Positions 38,953-46,844 of a stretch of DNA of 64,000 nt are shown one piece after another. Numbering within the stretch: position 1 is the first letter of the stretch; the number at the start of each line of letters is the position of its first letter. The translations under genes and the position numbers were made by a program. The DNA is from Candidatus Saccharimonadota bacterium (GTDB lineage Bacteria > Patescibacteriota > Saccharimonadia > Saccharimonadales > Saccharimonadaceae): positions 30,079 to 94,078 of the forward strand of contig JAUNOS010000001.1 in assembly GCA_030537075.1 (NCBI GenBank). Reading direction: 5' to 3'. A model generated the notes under the pieces. The model did no database searches and was not told the origin of the DNA. It was given only the letters and a program-made list of their open reading frames with translations.

Positions 38953-39933
38953 CTAGCGAATTAGCTGCATGGAAAGTGCTGCGTATAACAGAAGGAAGGC
39001 CACGCCGTCCCACAGCTGCAGCCGCTTGGTGAGCGACCCCAGGCCCAGCATGGCTGCCGCCACCAGTACACCGGCCAGCATCCAGAGGCCACTCGAAAGA
39101 TCCACCGTTTGCGGCGTCAAAGCACCCGCCAGCCCCGCGATGAGTAGGATATTGAAAATACACGAGCCGATAATATTGCCCACCACCAAGTCGCCCTCCT
39201 TACGGCGCAGTGCCTTGAGCGACACCACCAGCTCTGGCAAGCTGGTACCGATAGCCAGCGCGAAGAAGCTGGCCACACCTGTACCGATACCGATGGCTTT
39301 GACGATAGCAAGCAGGCTGTCCACCGCGTAGGTCGAGGACACCGCCAGGAGGATGATCGAACCGACCAGTTGTAGCCACACCCACCATGCCAGACGCTGG
39401 GTCTTTGGTGCTTTGGCGGCTTTTTGACGCCGCGATTGCACCATCAGCTGCATCAAGGTCACTAGCCCGCGCTGAAAATCTTGCCGGTCGGAATGGAGCA
39501 GACTGTACAGCAAATAGCCCGCGCAGCCGATGAGTAAAATGACCGCCTCCGGACTACTCAGCACGCCATCTGCGATTAAAATCACAAACAAAATCGTCGT
39601 TGAAATCAGCAATGGAATGTCGATATCCATCAAATCTTTCTGGAAGCGAATGGTGCCCATCATCAGCGTGGCGATCCCGATGATCACCAGCACATTAGCG
39701 ACATTGGAGCCGAGGACATTACCCAGCGCGATCTCGGTATTGCCGCTCAATACCGCTGCTATACTGGTCGCCAGCTCCGGCAAGCTGGTGCCGAGGCCCA
39801 CCAGCAGCACGCCCATCACAAATGGCGGCATGCGGAAAAATTCACCGACCGCTTTGGCTGCCGTCAAAAACCAGTCGGCGGACTTCACCACGATGACCAT
39901 TGACAACACGAAAATAAGTACTTGTATCAGCAT
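38953..39933 (-). CDS. CaCA-family sodium/calcium exchanger (YrbG-like)
   Basis: Two alpha-repeat modules (GNVLGSNVANV / GNIIGSCIFNI) with about 10 TM helices. Confidence 0.8.
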   Translation of the reverse strand: MLIQVLIFVLSMVIVVKSADWFLTAAKAVGEFFRMPPFVMGVLLVGLGTSLPELATSIAAVLSGNTEIALGNVLGSNVANVLVIIGIATLMMGTIRFQKDLMDIDIPLLISTTILFVILIADGVLSSPEAVILLIGCAGYLLYSLLHSDRQDFQRGLVTLMQLMVQSRRQKAAKAPKTQRLAWWVWLQLVGSIILLAVSSTYAVDSLLAIVKAIGIGTGVASFFALAIGTSLPELVVSLKALRRKEGDLVVGNIIGSCIFNILLIAGLAGALTPQTVDLSSGLWMLAGVLVAAAMLGLGSLTKRLQLWDGVAFLLLYAALSMQLIR

Positions 39934-39950
39934 TCCTTGCCCATTATAGC

Positions 39951-40205
39951 CTAGTTCGCCTCAGTCGGCAAAGGATCATCAGGCAGCGCTACCTCAAACA
40001 CCTTCTGCCGGCTCGTCGCGCCCCGCACCAGCCGCACGGATGACTTCGGAACTTTGTAGTGCTGCGCCAGGAGCATGATGGCTTCGTTATTTGCGCGATT
40101 TTCCAGTGCCGGGGCTTTGGTGTAGATGGTGTAGGCGCCGCCAGGGTTCTTGACGACCTCTTGGCGGTGGCGGGAGTTGGGTTTGAGGAGGGCGACGAGT
40201 TTCAT
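39951..40205 (-). CDS. DUF167 (YggU/UPF0235) family protein
   Basis: 84-aa protein with the conserved GxANxAxxxxLA-like core (GGAYTIYTKAPALENRANNEAIMLLA). Confidence 0.6.
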   Translation of the reverse strand: MKLVALLKPNSRHRQEVVKNPGGAYTIYTKAPALENRANNEAIMLLAQHYKVPKSSVRLVRGATSRQKVFEVALPDDPLPTEAN

Positions 40206-40790
40206 CTACCAACTCATCTCCTGAAGCTCTTCGGGCAGGATGCGCTGCACGCTGACCGAGCCGGCCATGAGGCGATAATCAGCCAGCTGCTCTGGGGGCC
40301 AGTAGTCATTGATGTCGTCCTGCACCACCTGATGCTCGGCACAGTAGCGCTGTAGCTCCGGTATCAGCGGACCTTTTCGAGGAAACTCCAGCACACCCGC
40401 TTGATCGATGGTAAAAGCGATTGACACTCCCTCGGTCATCCTGCCCTCCTGGCGAATGTATAGTGCCGTCACCAAGCGCACCATCGGCGGCAAGTGAAGC
40501 GCTTTTTGATCATTCTTTTCGATGAGTGAGATGTTGTGGCGGGCTAATTCTTGCGCCATCTTCTCACGAAGTGCCGTCAATTCATCCTTGCTCCGCACCA
40601 TGTAGCAGTGACTACATTCACTCGTCAATGCCCGCATGTATTCCAAGACTGGCGCCATATTCACTGGCGGGTTATCCCGTGCCAAAATTTCAGCCGCAGC
40701 AAGGACCGCACGCGCCAAATCATCGTCTTGCGCCTGCTGCGCGGATTCGGCAAGGCGGAGGAGGGGGCGGATGTGGTGTATAGTTTCCAT
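40206..40790 (-). CDS. hypothetical protein
   Basis: 194-aa ORF in host GC with its stop adjacent to the DUF167 start. No recognisable motif. Confidence 0.5.
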   Translation of the reverse strand: METIHHIRPLLRLAESAQQAQDDDLARAVLAAAEILARDNPPVNMAPVLEYMRALTSECSHCYMVRSKDELTALREKMAQELARHNISLIEKNDQKALHLPPMVRLVTALYIRQEGRMTEGVSIAFTIDQAGVLEFPRKGPLIPELQRYCAEHQVVQDDINDYWPPEQLADYRLMAGSVSVQRILPEELQEMSW

Positions 40791-40844
40791 ATTACCACTT
40801 TAGCCCTAATAAGAGCGGTTGACAAGCCTAGGGATACCAAAGGG

Positions 40845-41297
40845 TTAGAGATGCCTCCTAATGACGCCCTGGCCATCCTTTATATTAACCTCAAAACCAT
40901 ATTTTTCATACCAATATCGCAATTTATCAAAATGATCTGCATCAGTATTGCTTAGATTTCCACAAATTGTACGGCAACCAATTTCTTTCGATAGACTAAT
41001 TAAAAACTCCAACATCCTAGAGCCATAACCCCTATTCTCAATTTTCGAAACAATATCCCCTAAGAACATCTCTCGCTTATGTTTGTGATAGACGATATCC
41101 ATACGCACTATCCATCCCTTGTGCCTTCTGTGATACATATCGACACGCGCCACGCCTTCATCTATCAGTTCTTCAATTCTTTGACCAAGGCTAATAAACC
41201 ACTCTCCATCCGGCGATATCAAGACCATATCGCTAATCCTTTCATTGTACGCAAGCTGACTCAAAAACTCTTTTTTCTTTGATCTAAACAATACCAT
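40845..41297 (-). CDS. GNAT family N-acetyltransferase
   Basis: Acetyl-CoA-binding motif region (...RGYGSRMLEFLI...) and length of about 150 aa. Confidence 0.7.
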   Translation of the reverse strand: MVLFRSKKKEFLSQLAYNERISDMVLISPDGEWFISLGQRIEELIDEGVARVDMYHRRHKGWIVRMDIVYHKHKREMFLGDIVSKIENRGYGSRMLEFLISLSKEIGCRTICGNLSNTDADHFDKLRYWYEKYGFEVNIKDGQGVIRRHL

Positions 41298-41312
41298 AAA
41301 AACCTCTGGCTC

Positions 41313-44150
41313 CTACACACCATCTATGAATGTAGTCAAAAACTTCCGCAGTCCATCACGCAGGCGGTCTACAATACTATCAAGCTCTAGCAGTCTTGGC
41401 TGCTCAATTAGCAGATCATTCAGCTCATGGTCGCGCGGCTTGTGTCCGCCAGAAAGATAGCGTGCCACAACCTTCTCAGCTTTCGCCTTGTCAATTCCAT
41501 TCTCGCGGCACAGCTTTTCAAACTCAGCCCGACGCTCGGCATCAAGAAATTCATAAAACTCTCGCTCAACATCACCCGACTCTTCTATGTTCGGCAGATT
41601 ATTCTGCAGAAACCGCTCAATAAGCTCCCGTTTGCTACGCAATTCGCTATCCGACTTCATCAAGCCGTCAATCGTCTGTCTAATCTCCTTCTGCCTCGAT
41701 TCACTTGCACCGACCATCTGTGCCACCAAGCGTAAAATAAAGCCCACATTTATTTCATCACGTTTCACCAGCTCTAGTTCGAAATCAAGATCCGCTAAAA
41801 TTGAAACTTTTTCCGCACTGCCTGGCCTGACAGAGTCGTAAATATCAAGATATTTACTCTGGTATTCCTCAATCTCTTGCTCTTCAATGTCAATGTCGTC
41901 GAAGTGAAATTCCGTGAATGAAATCAAGATATTTTTTAATTTTAGCAGCTCGCGAAATGCCTTCACAAAGCCCTCTTTTTGCTCTTCGCTCAGCAAATTA
42001 TCAACCGCATCTGGCGTATTAGCAGCTTGACGCAATACCGCCACTTGCCGATTAAACATTTCGACATACTCATGATACGGCTGCATAAACACCCGCTCCT
42101 GCGCCTCTTTATTTGCGAACAACCTCAGCGCTTCATTGGTGTTTTTCCGCAGGTTGCGAAACGCCACGATATTACCATGTGATTTCGTTTCGTTAAGAAT
42201 GCGGTTAGTGCGAGAATACGCCTGGATAAGTCCATGGTATTGTAAGTTCTTATCAACATATAGCGTATTGAGCGTTTTACTATCAAAACCGGTCAAGAAC
42301 ATGTTAACCACCAGCAGGATATCAATCTCACGCATCTTAACACGATCGGCAATATTACGGTAGTACTCATAAAAACTCGCCGAGTCCTTGGTGGTGTAAT
42401 TCGTGCCAAACATTTGGTTATAGTCGGCAATGTAACTCTCTAGCCTATCGCGCGAATGCAGATTCACCTTGCCATCATCTGGCATAACGTCCTCGTCCAA
42501 AATACTATCAGCGTCTTTATCCTCTTCATTCGCCGTATAACTAAAAATGGTGGCGATTTTCAGATTGTGCTCACCCGCCTCTTTTTTACGCTTGAACATT
42601 TCGTAATATTTTGCCAACATATCCGTGCTAGAAACAGCAAATATCGCGGTAAACTCACGGTTTCTCGTCTTGGCGTTGTGATTTTTGATAATGAAATCAA
42701 CATTTTGCTCCACCCAGTTTTCAGATTCAAACACCTCACGCACATTGATGCCCGGCACCTTTTCATCCGCAAGATTACGACCGTTGTATTTCACACCACT
42801 ATAGTATTCAACCGAAAATCGCAGCACATTTTCATCATTAATCGCGTCAACGATGGTGTATTCGTGTAACCTATCACCAAACAAATCCTTGGTAGTGCGC
42901 TTACCAAGTTCATTGCCACTGGCGTTTTCTGCAAAAATTGGCGTCCCAGTAAAGCCAAACATCTGGTAGTTTGTGAAGTATTCGGTGATTCGCTTGTGCG
43001 TTTCACCAAACTGACTACGGTGACACTCGTCAAAAATAAAGATAACTTTCTTATCACGCTGTTCATCCATCTTTAAAGCATGTCGTTCACGACTAATTGC
43101 CGTGTTTAGCTTTTGGATGGTTGTGACGATCAGTTTTGTATCTGGGTCATTAAACTGCTTTACCAAGTTTGCCGTATTGGTCGTTGTATCAACACTACCC
43201 TCTTTGAAGCTATTGAACTCACGGATTGTTTGATTATCCAAATCCTTACGGTCAACGACAAATACCACCTTGTCAACCTGCGGATTACTAATTAAAAGCT
43301 GGCTCGCCTTAAATGATGTCAGCGTTTTACCACTGCCCGTCGTATGCCAAATATAGCCGCCATGTATGCTATTCTCCACCCTATCGGCAATCGCCTCTAC
43401 TGCATAAAACTGGTACGGCCGCAGCACAAGTAGCGTTTTATTTGTCGTTAGTACGGTATATTTGGCAATCATTTTGGCGATATGGCAGCGGTCCAAAAAC
43501 ACTTGGGCGAACTGCTCTAGCCGGCTAATCTTTTGATTATCCTTGTCTGCCCAAAAGCTCGTAAATTTAAATGACGCCTTTTTACTATTGCCATACCCAA
43601 CTGTATTGGCATAATACTTAGTGTTCACTCCATTTGAAATTACAAAAATCTGCACAAAATCAAACAAGCCATAGCCTGCACTATATGAATGGCGACGGTA
43701 GCGATTGACTTGATTAAACGCCTCTTTCAGCTCAATCCCCGCCCGCTTGAGCTCGATCTGTACCAGCGGCAAGCCATTGATTAAAATCGTCACATCGTAG
43801 CGATTTAGATACTCGCCATCATTACTAATCTGGTTCGCCACCTGAAATTCGTTTTGACACCACTTTTCAATCTGTAAAAATTCGATCAATTGCGTCGTGC
43901 CGTCATCCCGCCTCAAGGCAAACTTATCCCTGAGGGCAAGGGCTTTATCAAACACCGTACCTTTTGAGAGGTGATGAAGAATCTGCTTAAACTCAGCGTC
44001 AGAAAAGGCAGTGTTATTATGCTTTTCTAGTTGCACCTTAAGGTTAGCAACCAAATCAGCCTCGTCCTTTATCACTACCCGCTCGTAACCCTGACCAGCC
44101 AGCTGCTGCATCAAGGATTCTTCAAGCTGTGATTCGGATTGGGTAGTCAT
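41313..44150 (-). CDS. hsdR: type I restriction enzyme R subunit
   Basis: 945 aa. N-terminal nuclease region, DEAD-like helicase motifs (Walker A TGSGKT, DECH), and C-terminal HsdR domain. Confidence 0.93.
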   Translation of the reverse strand: MTTQSESQLEESLMQQLAGQGYERVVIKDEADLVANLKVQLEKHNNTAFSDAEFKQILHHLSKGTVFDKALALRDKFALRRDDGTTQLIEFLQIEKWCQNEFQVANQISNDGEYLNRYDVTILINGLPLVQIELKRAGIELKEAFNQVNRYRRHSYSAGYGLFDFVQIFVISNGVNTKYYANTVGYGNSKKASFKFTSFWADKDNQKISRLEQFAQVFLDRCHIAKMIAKYTVLTTNKTLLVLRPYQFYAVEAIADRVENSIHGGYIWHTTGSGKTLTSFKASQLLISNPQVDKVVFVVDRKDLDNQTIREFNSFKEGSVDTTTNTANLVKQFNDPDTKLIVTTIQKLNTAISRERHALKMDEQRDKKVIFIFDECHRSQFGETHKRITEYFTNYQMFGFTGTPIFAENASGNELGKRTTKDLFGDRLHEYTIVDAINDENVLRFSVEYYSGVKYNGRNLADEKVPGINVREVFESENWVEQNVDFIIKNHNAKTRNREFTAIFAVSSTDMLAKYYEMFKRKKEAGEHNLKIATIFSYTANEEDKDADSILDEDVMPDDGKVNLHSRDRLESYIADYNQMFGTNYTTKDSASFYEYYRNIADRVKMREIDILLVVNMFLTGFDSKTLNTLYVDKNLQYHGLIQAYSRTNRILNETKSHGNIVAFRNLRKNTNEALRLFANKEAQERVFMQPYHEYVEMFNRQVAVLRQAANTPDAVDNLLSEEQKEGFVKAFRELLKLKNILISFTEFHFDDIDIEEQEIEEYQSKYLDIYDSVRPGSAEKVSILADLDFELELVKRDEINVGFILRLVAQMVGASESRQKEIRQTIDGLMKSDSELRSKRELIERFLQNNLPNIEESGDVEREFYEFLDAERRAEFEKLCRENGIDKAKAEKVVARYLSGGHKPRDHELNDLLIEQPRLLELDSIVDRLRDGLRKFLTTFIDGV

Positions 44151-44173
44151 GATTGCCTTTCTTTATTCAGTTT

Positions 44174-44210
44174 TGTGAAAATAGTAGATTTTTTGGTGTT
44201 TTTTACACGC
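44174..44210. repeat. ~37-bp element, copy A (direct repeat of 46474-46510)
   Basis: TGTGAAAATAGTAGATTTTTTGGTGTTTTTTACACGC. About 30/37 identical to copy B. Lies in the hsdR upstream region. Confidence 0.7.
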
Positions 44211-44236
44211 CAATAGCCTGTTAAAATTATATAAAA

Positions 44237-44674
44237 TCATGTGAAATTTTCCCAAATTTCATCAAATTCACTCTCAAGAATCGACTTAATATACTGGGTT
44301 TCGCCACAATTTTTCGGCAAATCATTCTTGCTATAAATTAGTAATATTTTCATCTGTCGTTTTGCGGCAGAATAGTACACCACACATCTATTGCCCGCAT
44401 CTTTGGCTGCAACCTTTGTCTGAGCAACCCTAAAGTCATACTTAAAGATCCATTGACCATCAGCATGCCACAACTCATCCACCTGCTGGGTGTGCTGCAA
44501 AGTATTTTCGGCAAACGAAATACGCGCAAGGTCTTGAAAGATAGACTCTTCGGTTACCTCCCACTGCTTGCCTCTGTATTTTTTCTGAAAACCTTTTAGA
44601 AAATGCCTACGAGCGTAATCTGTATACTCAACGCCTATCAAAACATTGCTAGTTGGTATACGGTTTGTAAACAT
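44237..44674 (-). CDS. putative toxin of a Panacea-associated toxin-antitoxin pair (145 aa, unclassified)
   Basis: Overlaps the 3' end of the upstream HTH-DUF4065 gene by 26 nt in another frame, with an internal AGGAAG RBS. No recognisable toxin fold by eye. Confidence 0.5.
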   Translation of the reverse strand: MFTNRIPTSNVLIGVEYTDYARRHFLKGFQKKYRGKQWEVTEESIFQDLARISFAENTLQHTQQVDELWHADGQWIFKYDFRVAQTKVAAKDAGNRCVVYYSAAKRQMKILLIYSKNDLPKNCGETQYIKSILESEFDEIWENFT

Positions 44675-45341
44675 GTTGCGGATCTTCCTGGGTGATTAGA
44701 CTATATGGAATATATTCGCCATCGGCGCAAGCCTGCCAAGGTCGCTGCGCGTGGGTGAAATTGACTATTTCCTCAGTTCTAGCACTCTCCCAGGTTTTAC
44801 AGATTTCATCAACGCGCTTTTTCTCATCAGCCGACAACAGATCTTCTTGTGGTTTTGTTGATGCACTTCGGCTAATCATAAACGCACCGCGATCAAGCAC
44901 CTCTATATTGATTTTTCCACCGTCATAAAGGGACTCTGTTAGCTCAAAGAAAGTGTCTGCAACCGGTCCGTACTGCCTGCGCACATACCTCATGCCGGTC
45001 ATAGGCTCCAGTGTGTCATAATACCAGCTAAAGTCAATTAGGTACAGGATCTTGGCTAGCTTAGTTTTAGGAACCCCCCCTTTAAAATGACTAAGAACAT
45101 ACAAATATAACTGTTCAAATTTCTCGTTATTCCGCGGCGTATCAATTAGCTCAGAAATAGAAACATCATAAATTTTAGCCAGTCTTTCTAGTAGCTCAAT
45201 ATTTGGCTTGGATTTTCCAGACTCAATATTTATATAGGTCGCTCTACTAATGCCCAGTTGCCCAGCAACGGCATCTTGCGTCAAATCTTTACTGCTCCTT
45301 AGATTCTCAAGGTTTTGTGCGACTGTGCTTGTGATACTCAT
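44649..45341 (-). CDS. HTH-XRE plus Panacea (DUF4065) domain antitoxin-like protein
   Basis: N-terminal XRE helix-turn-helix (LTQDAVAGQLGISRATYINIESGK). C-terminal region KLAKILYLIDFSWYY...YGPV is characteristic of DUF4065/Panacea. Confidence 0.75.
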   Translation of the reverse strand: MSITSTVAQNLENLRSSKDLTQDAVAGQLGISRATYINIESGKSKPNIELLERLAKIYDVSISELIDTPRNNEKFEQLYLYVLSHFKGGVPKTKLAKILYLIDFSWYYDTLEPMTGMRYVRRQYGPVADTFFELTESLYDGGKINIEVLDRGAFMISRSASTKPQEDLLSADEKKRVDEICKTWESARTEEIVNFTHAQRPWQACADGEYIPYSLITQEDPQHVYKPYTN

Positions 45342-45507
45342 TTTTCGCCCTTTCTTTGATATAAATATAGCATTTTAATTCATAAATGTCAAATATTTAT
45401 ACGTCTTTGTACTATTTATTGTATCAATGACCAAGCTTAAGCGCAATAAGTTTCTGACATTCTTGTAACTTGATGTAAATAATACTCATCATTTCCTTGA
45501 AAAATAC

Positions 45508-45536
45508 TTGACACCACCCTTGCGCTGTCATACAAT
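45508..45536 (+). promoter_or_regulatory. sigma70 promoter (TTGACA, 17-nt spacer, TACAAT) for the 257-aa gene
   Basis: Near-perfect consensus hexamers with 17-nt spacing. Gives an approximately 125-nt leader containing a GC hairpin (CGCCC-CGAAA-GGGCG, 45551-45565). Confidence 0.6.
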
Positions 45537-45668
45537 ATAAGCGAGAAAGACGCCCCGAAAGGGCGCCCTTCGTTAAAATATATAGTACCCACTAAAATTA
45601 TTTTAACTTTCTCATACTAATTGAAATTTAAACGAAGGTCAAGCGGAGGGACAGGCTGGAGTAACACG

Positions 45669-46394
45669 ATGGCAGAAAATAGGTCATCAGTCGTATCTGT
45701 GGGCGACTTAAATATCTCACAGAAGCATACCACAATAATTGTCGAACCAACCGCGTTCGCTGATGGCTTCGACAAAGACGCTTACGACACGGCGGAACTA
45801 TCCACTCTATTGTGGGTCGAAAATCCCGAAGAGAGGTGGGTCGAAATACCGCTACCGTTCGCAACGGAAAATTTCAGCGCGTCTGTTTCGGTAATATCTG
45901 CCGGACCCGACGAGTATAGGGATCGCATCTTTAGCGTTTCCCAGATTCGAAACGGTTTCGAAAAATATATCCCCTACTTGAGGCATCTGGGAACTTCAGA
46001 AGAGTTGCTCGGTAACAAGAAAGCACTGAGGAACATCCTAAAAGGTATGCGCGTAGCTATGGTCAAACTTCCGGCTGGCAACTTGGTTGTAAAAATCCAG
46101 TGTAGCCAGATTATCAAGAAGGACCCCGATGATATGAATGGCAAAACCTTCAGCTTCAAAGCCTTTGCGCCGCTTCCGAGCTTTTTCGTGAAAAACGCTG
46201 CGCCACTCAAACTGCACGTTATCTTCAAGGACGTAGACACAATTTCAAGAGAAATTGAAACACCAACTCTGTCCTATCCGTTCGGAGATATCCCTACGGT
46301 AGACAGCCAAGAGACAACGTTTGGCGGCGATAAATTATACTACTGGAAATGGCAAAATGACCCGGTGGTAGAGTTTAAGTACCGATACTTATAA
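45669..46394 (+). CDS. hypothetical protein (241 aa from the ATG at 45669), cassette cargo of unknown function
   Basis: GGAG RBS 8 nt upstream of the ATG at 45669. The ORF-track TTG start at 45621 is less likely. No recognisable domain. Strong dedicated promoter and terminator. Confidence 0.55.
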   Translation: MAENRSSVVSVGDLNISQKHTTIIVEPTAFADGFDKDAYDTAELSTLLWVENPEERWVEIPLPFATENFSASVSVISAGPDEYRDRIFSVSQIRNGFEKYIPYLRHLGTSEELLGNKKALRNILKGMRVAMVKLPAGNLVVKIQCSQIIKKDPDDMNGKTFSFKAFAPLPSFFVKNAAPLKLHVIFKDVDTISREIETPTLSYPFGDIPTVDSQETTFGGDKLYYWKWQNDPVVEFKYRYL

Positions 46395-46410
46395 TTGGCA
46401 ATATGGCGAT

Positions 46411-46441
46411 AAGGGGCAGATTGACTGCCCCTTATTTTTTC
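46411..46441 (+). terminator. rho-independent terminator
   Basis: Stem AAGGGGCAG/CTGCCCCTT with a 5-nt loop, then T8. Confidence 0.8.
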
Positions 46442-46473
46442 ACGAATGCGCGATCAGGTGGTATTGTAGTTGG

Positions 46474-46510
46474 TGTGAAAATTGATAGATTTTTGGTGTT
46501 TTTCACACCT
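46474..46510. repeat. ~37-bp element, copy B (direct repeat of 44174-44210), itself a hairpin
   Basis: TGTGAAAATTGATAGATTTTTGGTGTTTTTCACACCT. Its ends GGTGTGAAAA/TTTTCACACC form a perfect 10-bp inverted repeat. Confidence 0.7.
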
Positions 46511-46844
46511 CTTTACTTTTCTGTATTAAGCCCCGAATTCTGCTTATGTCGTCTCGCGATTGACTTATTTCCATATTCAGCTGATTGACCACATCATTAG
46601 CAATGTCATGAAATAGATCAGTTCCTTCATCTTCAAGTACGAAACTCACTTGATTATCGCTATTTATCGCAAAATCAAAAACTTTATCAAATAGGACTTT
46701 GATGTCATCTGTAGAATTATCCGACAAACTCACTTTAGAGCCTATCCCCTTAAACTCTAAGCATATGTTGTCGCTACTAGAAGCAGACCTATCTCCACTA
46801 ATCACTACATTTATTATATTTTTTCTATCTATCTCCATAAACAT
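46503..46844 (-). CDS. small acidic hypothetical protein (113 aa), translationally coupled to the PHP-ATPase
   Basis: Start ATG at 46844 overlaps the upstream stop (46825) by 20 nt. Asp/Glu/Ser-rich. Confidence 0.5.
   Translation of the reverse strand: MFMEIDRKNIINVVISGDRSASSSDNICLEFKGIGSKVSLSDNSTDDIKVLFDKVFDFAINSDNQVSFVLEDEGTDLFHDIANDVVNQLNMEISQSRDDISRIRGLIQKSKEV

Noticed and set aside
45551-45565. GC hairpin CGCCC-CGAAA-GGGCG considered as a terminator.
   Set aside because: There is no downstream U-tract, and it lies in the 5' leader between divergent promoters. It is more likely a leader structure than a terminator.
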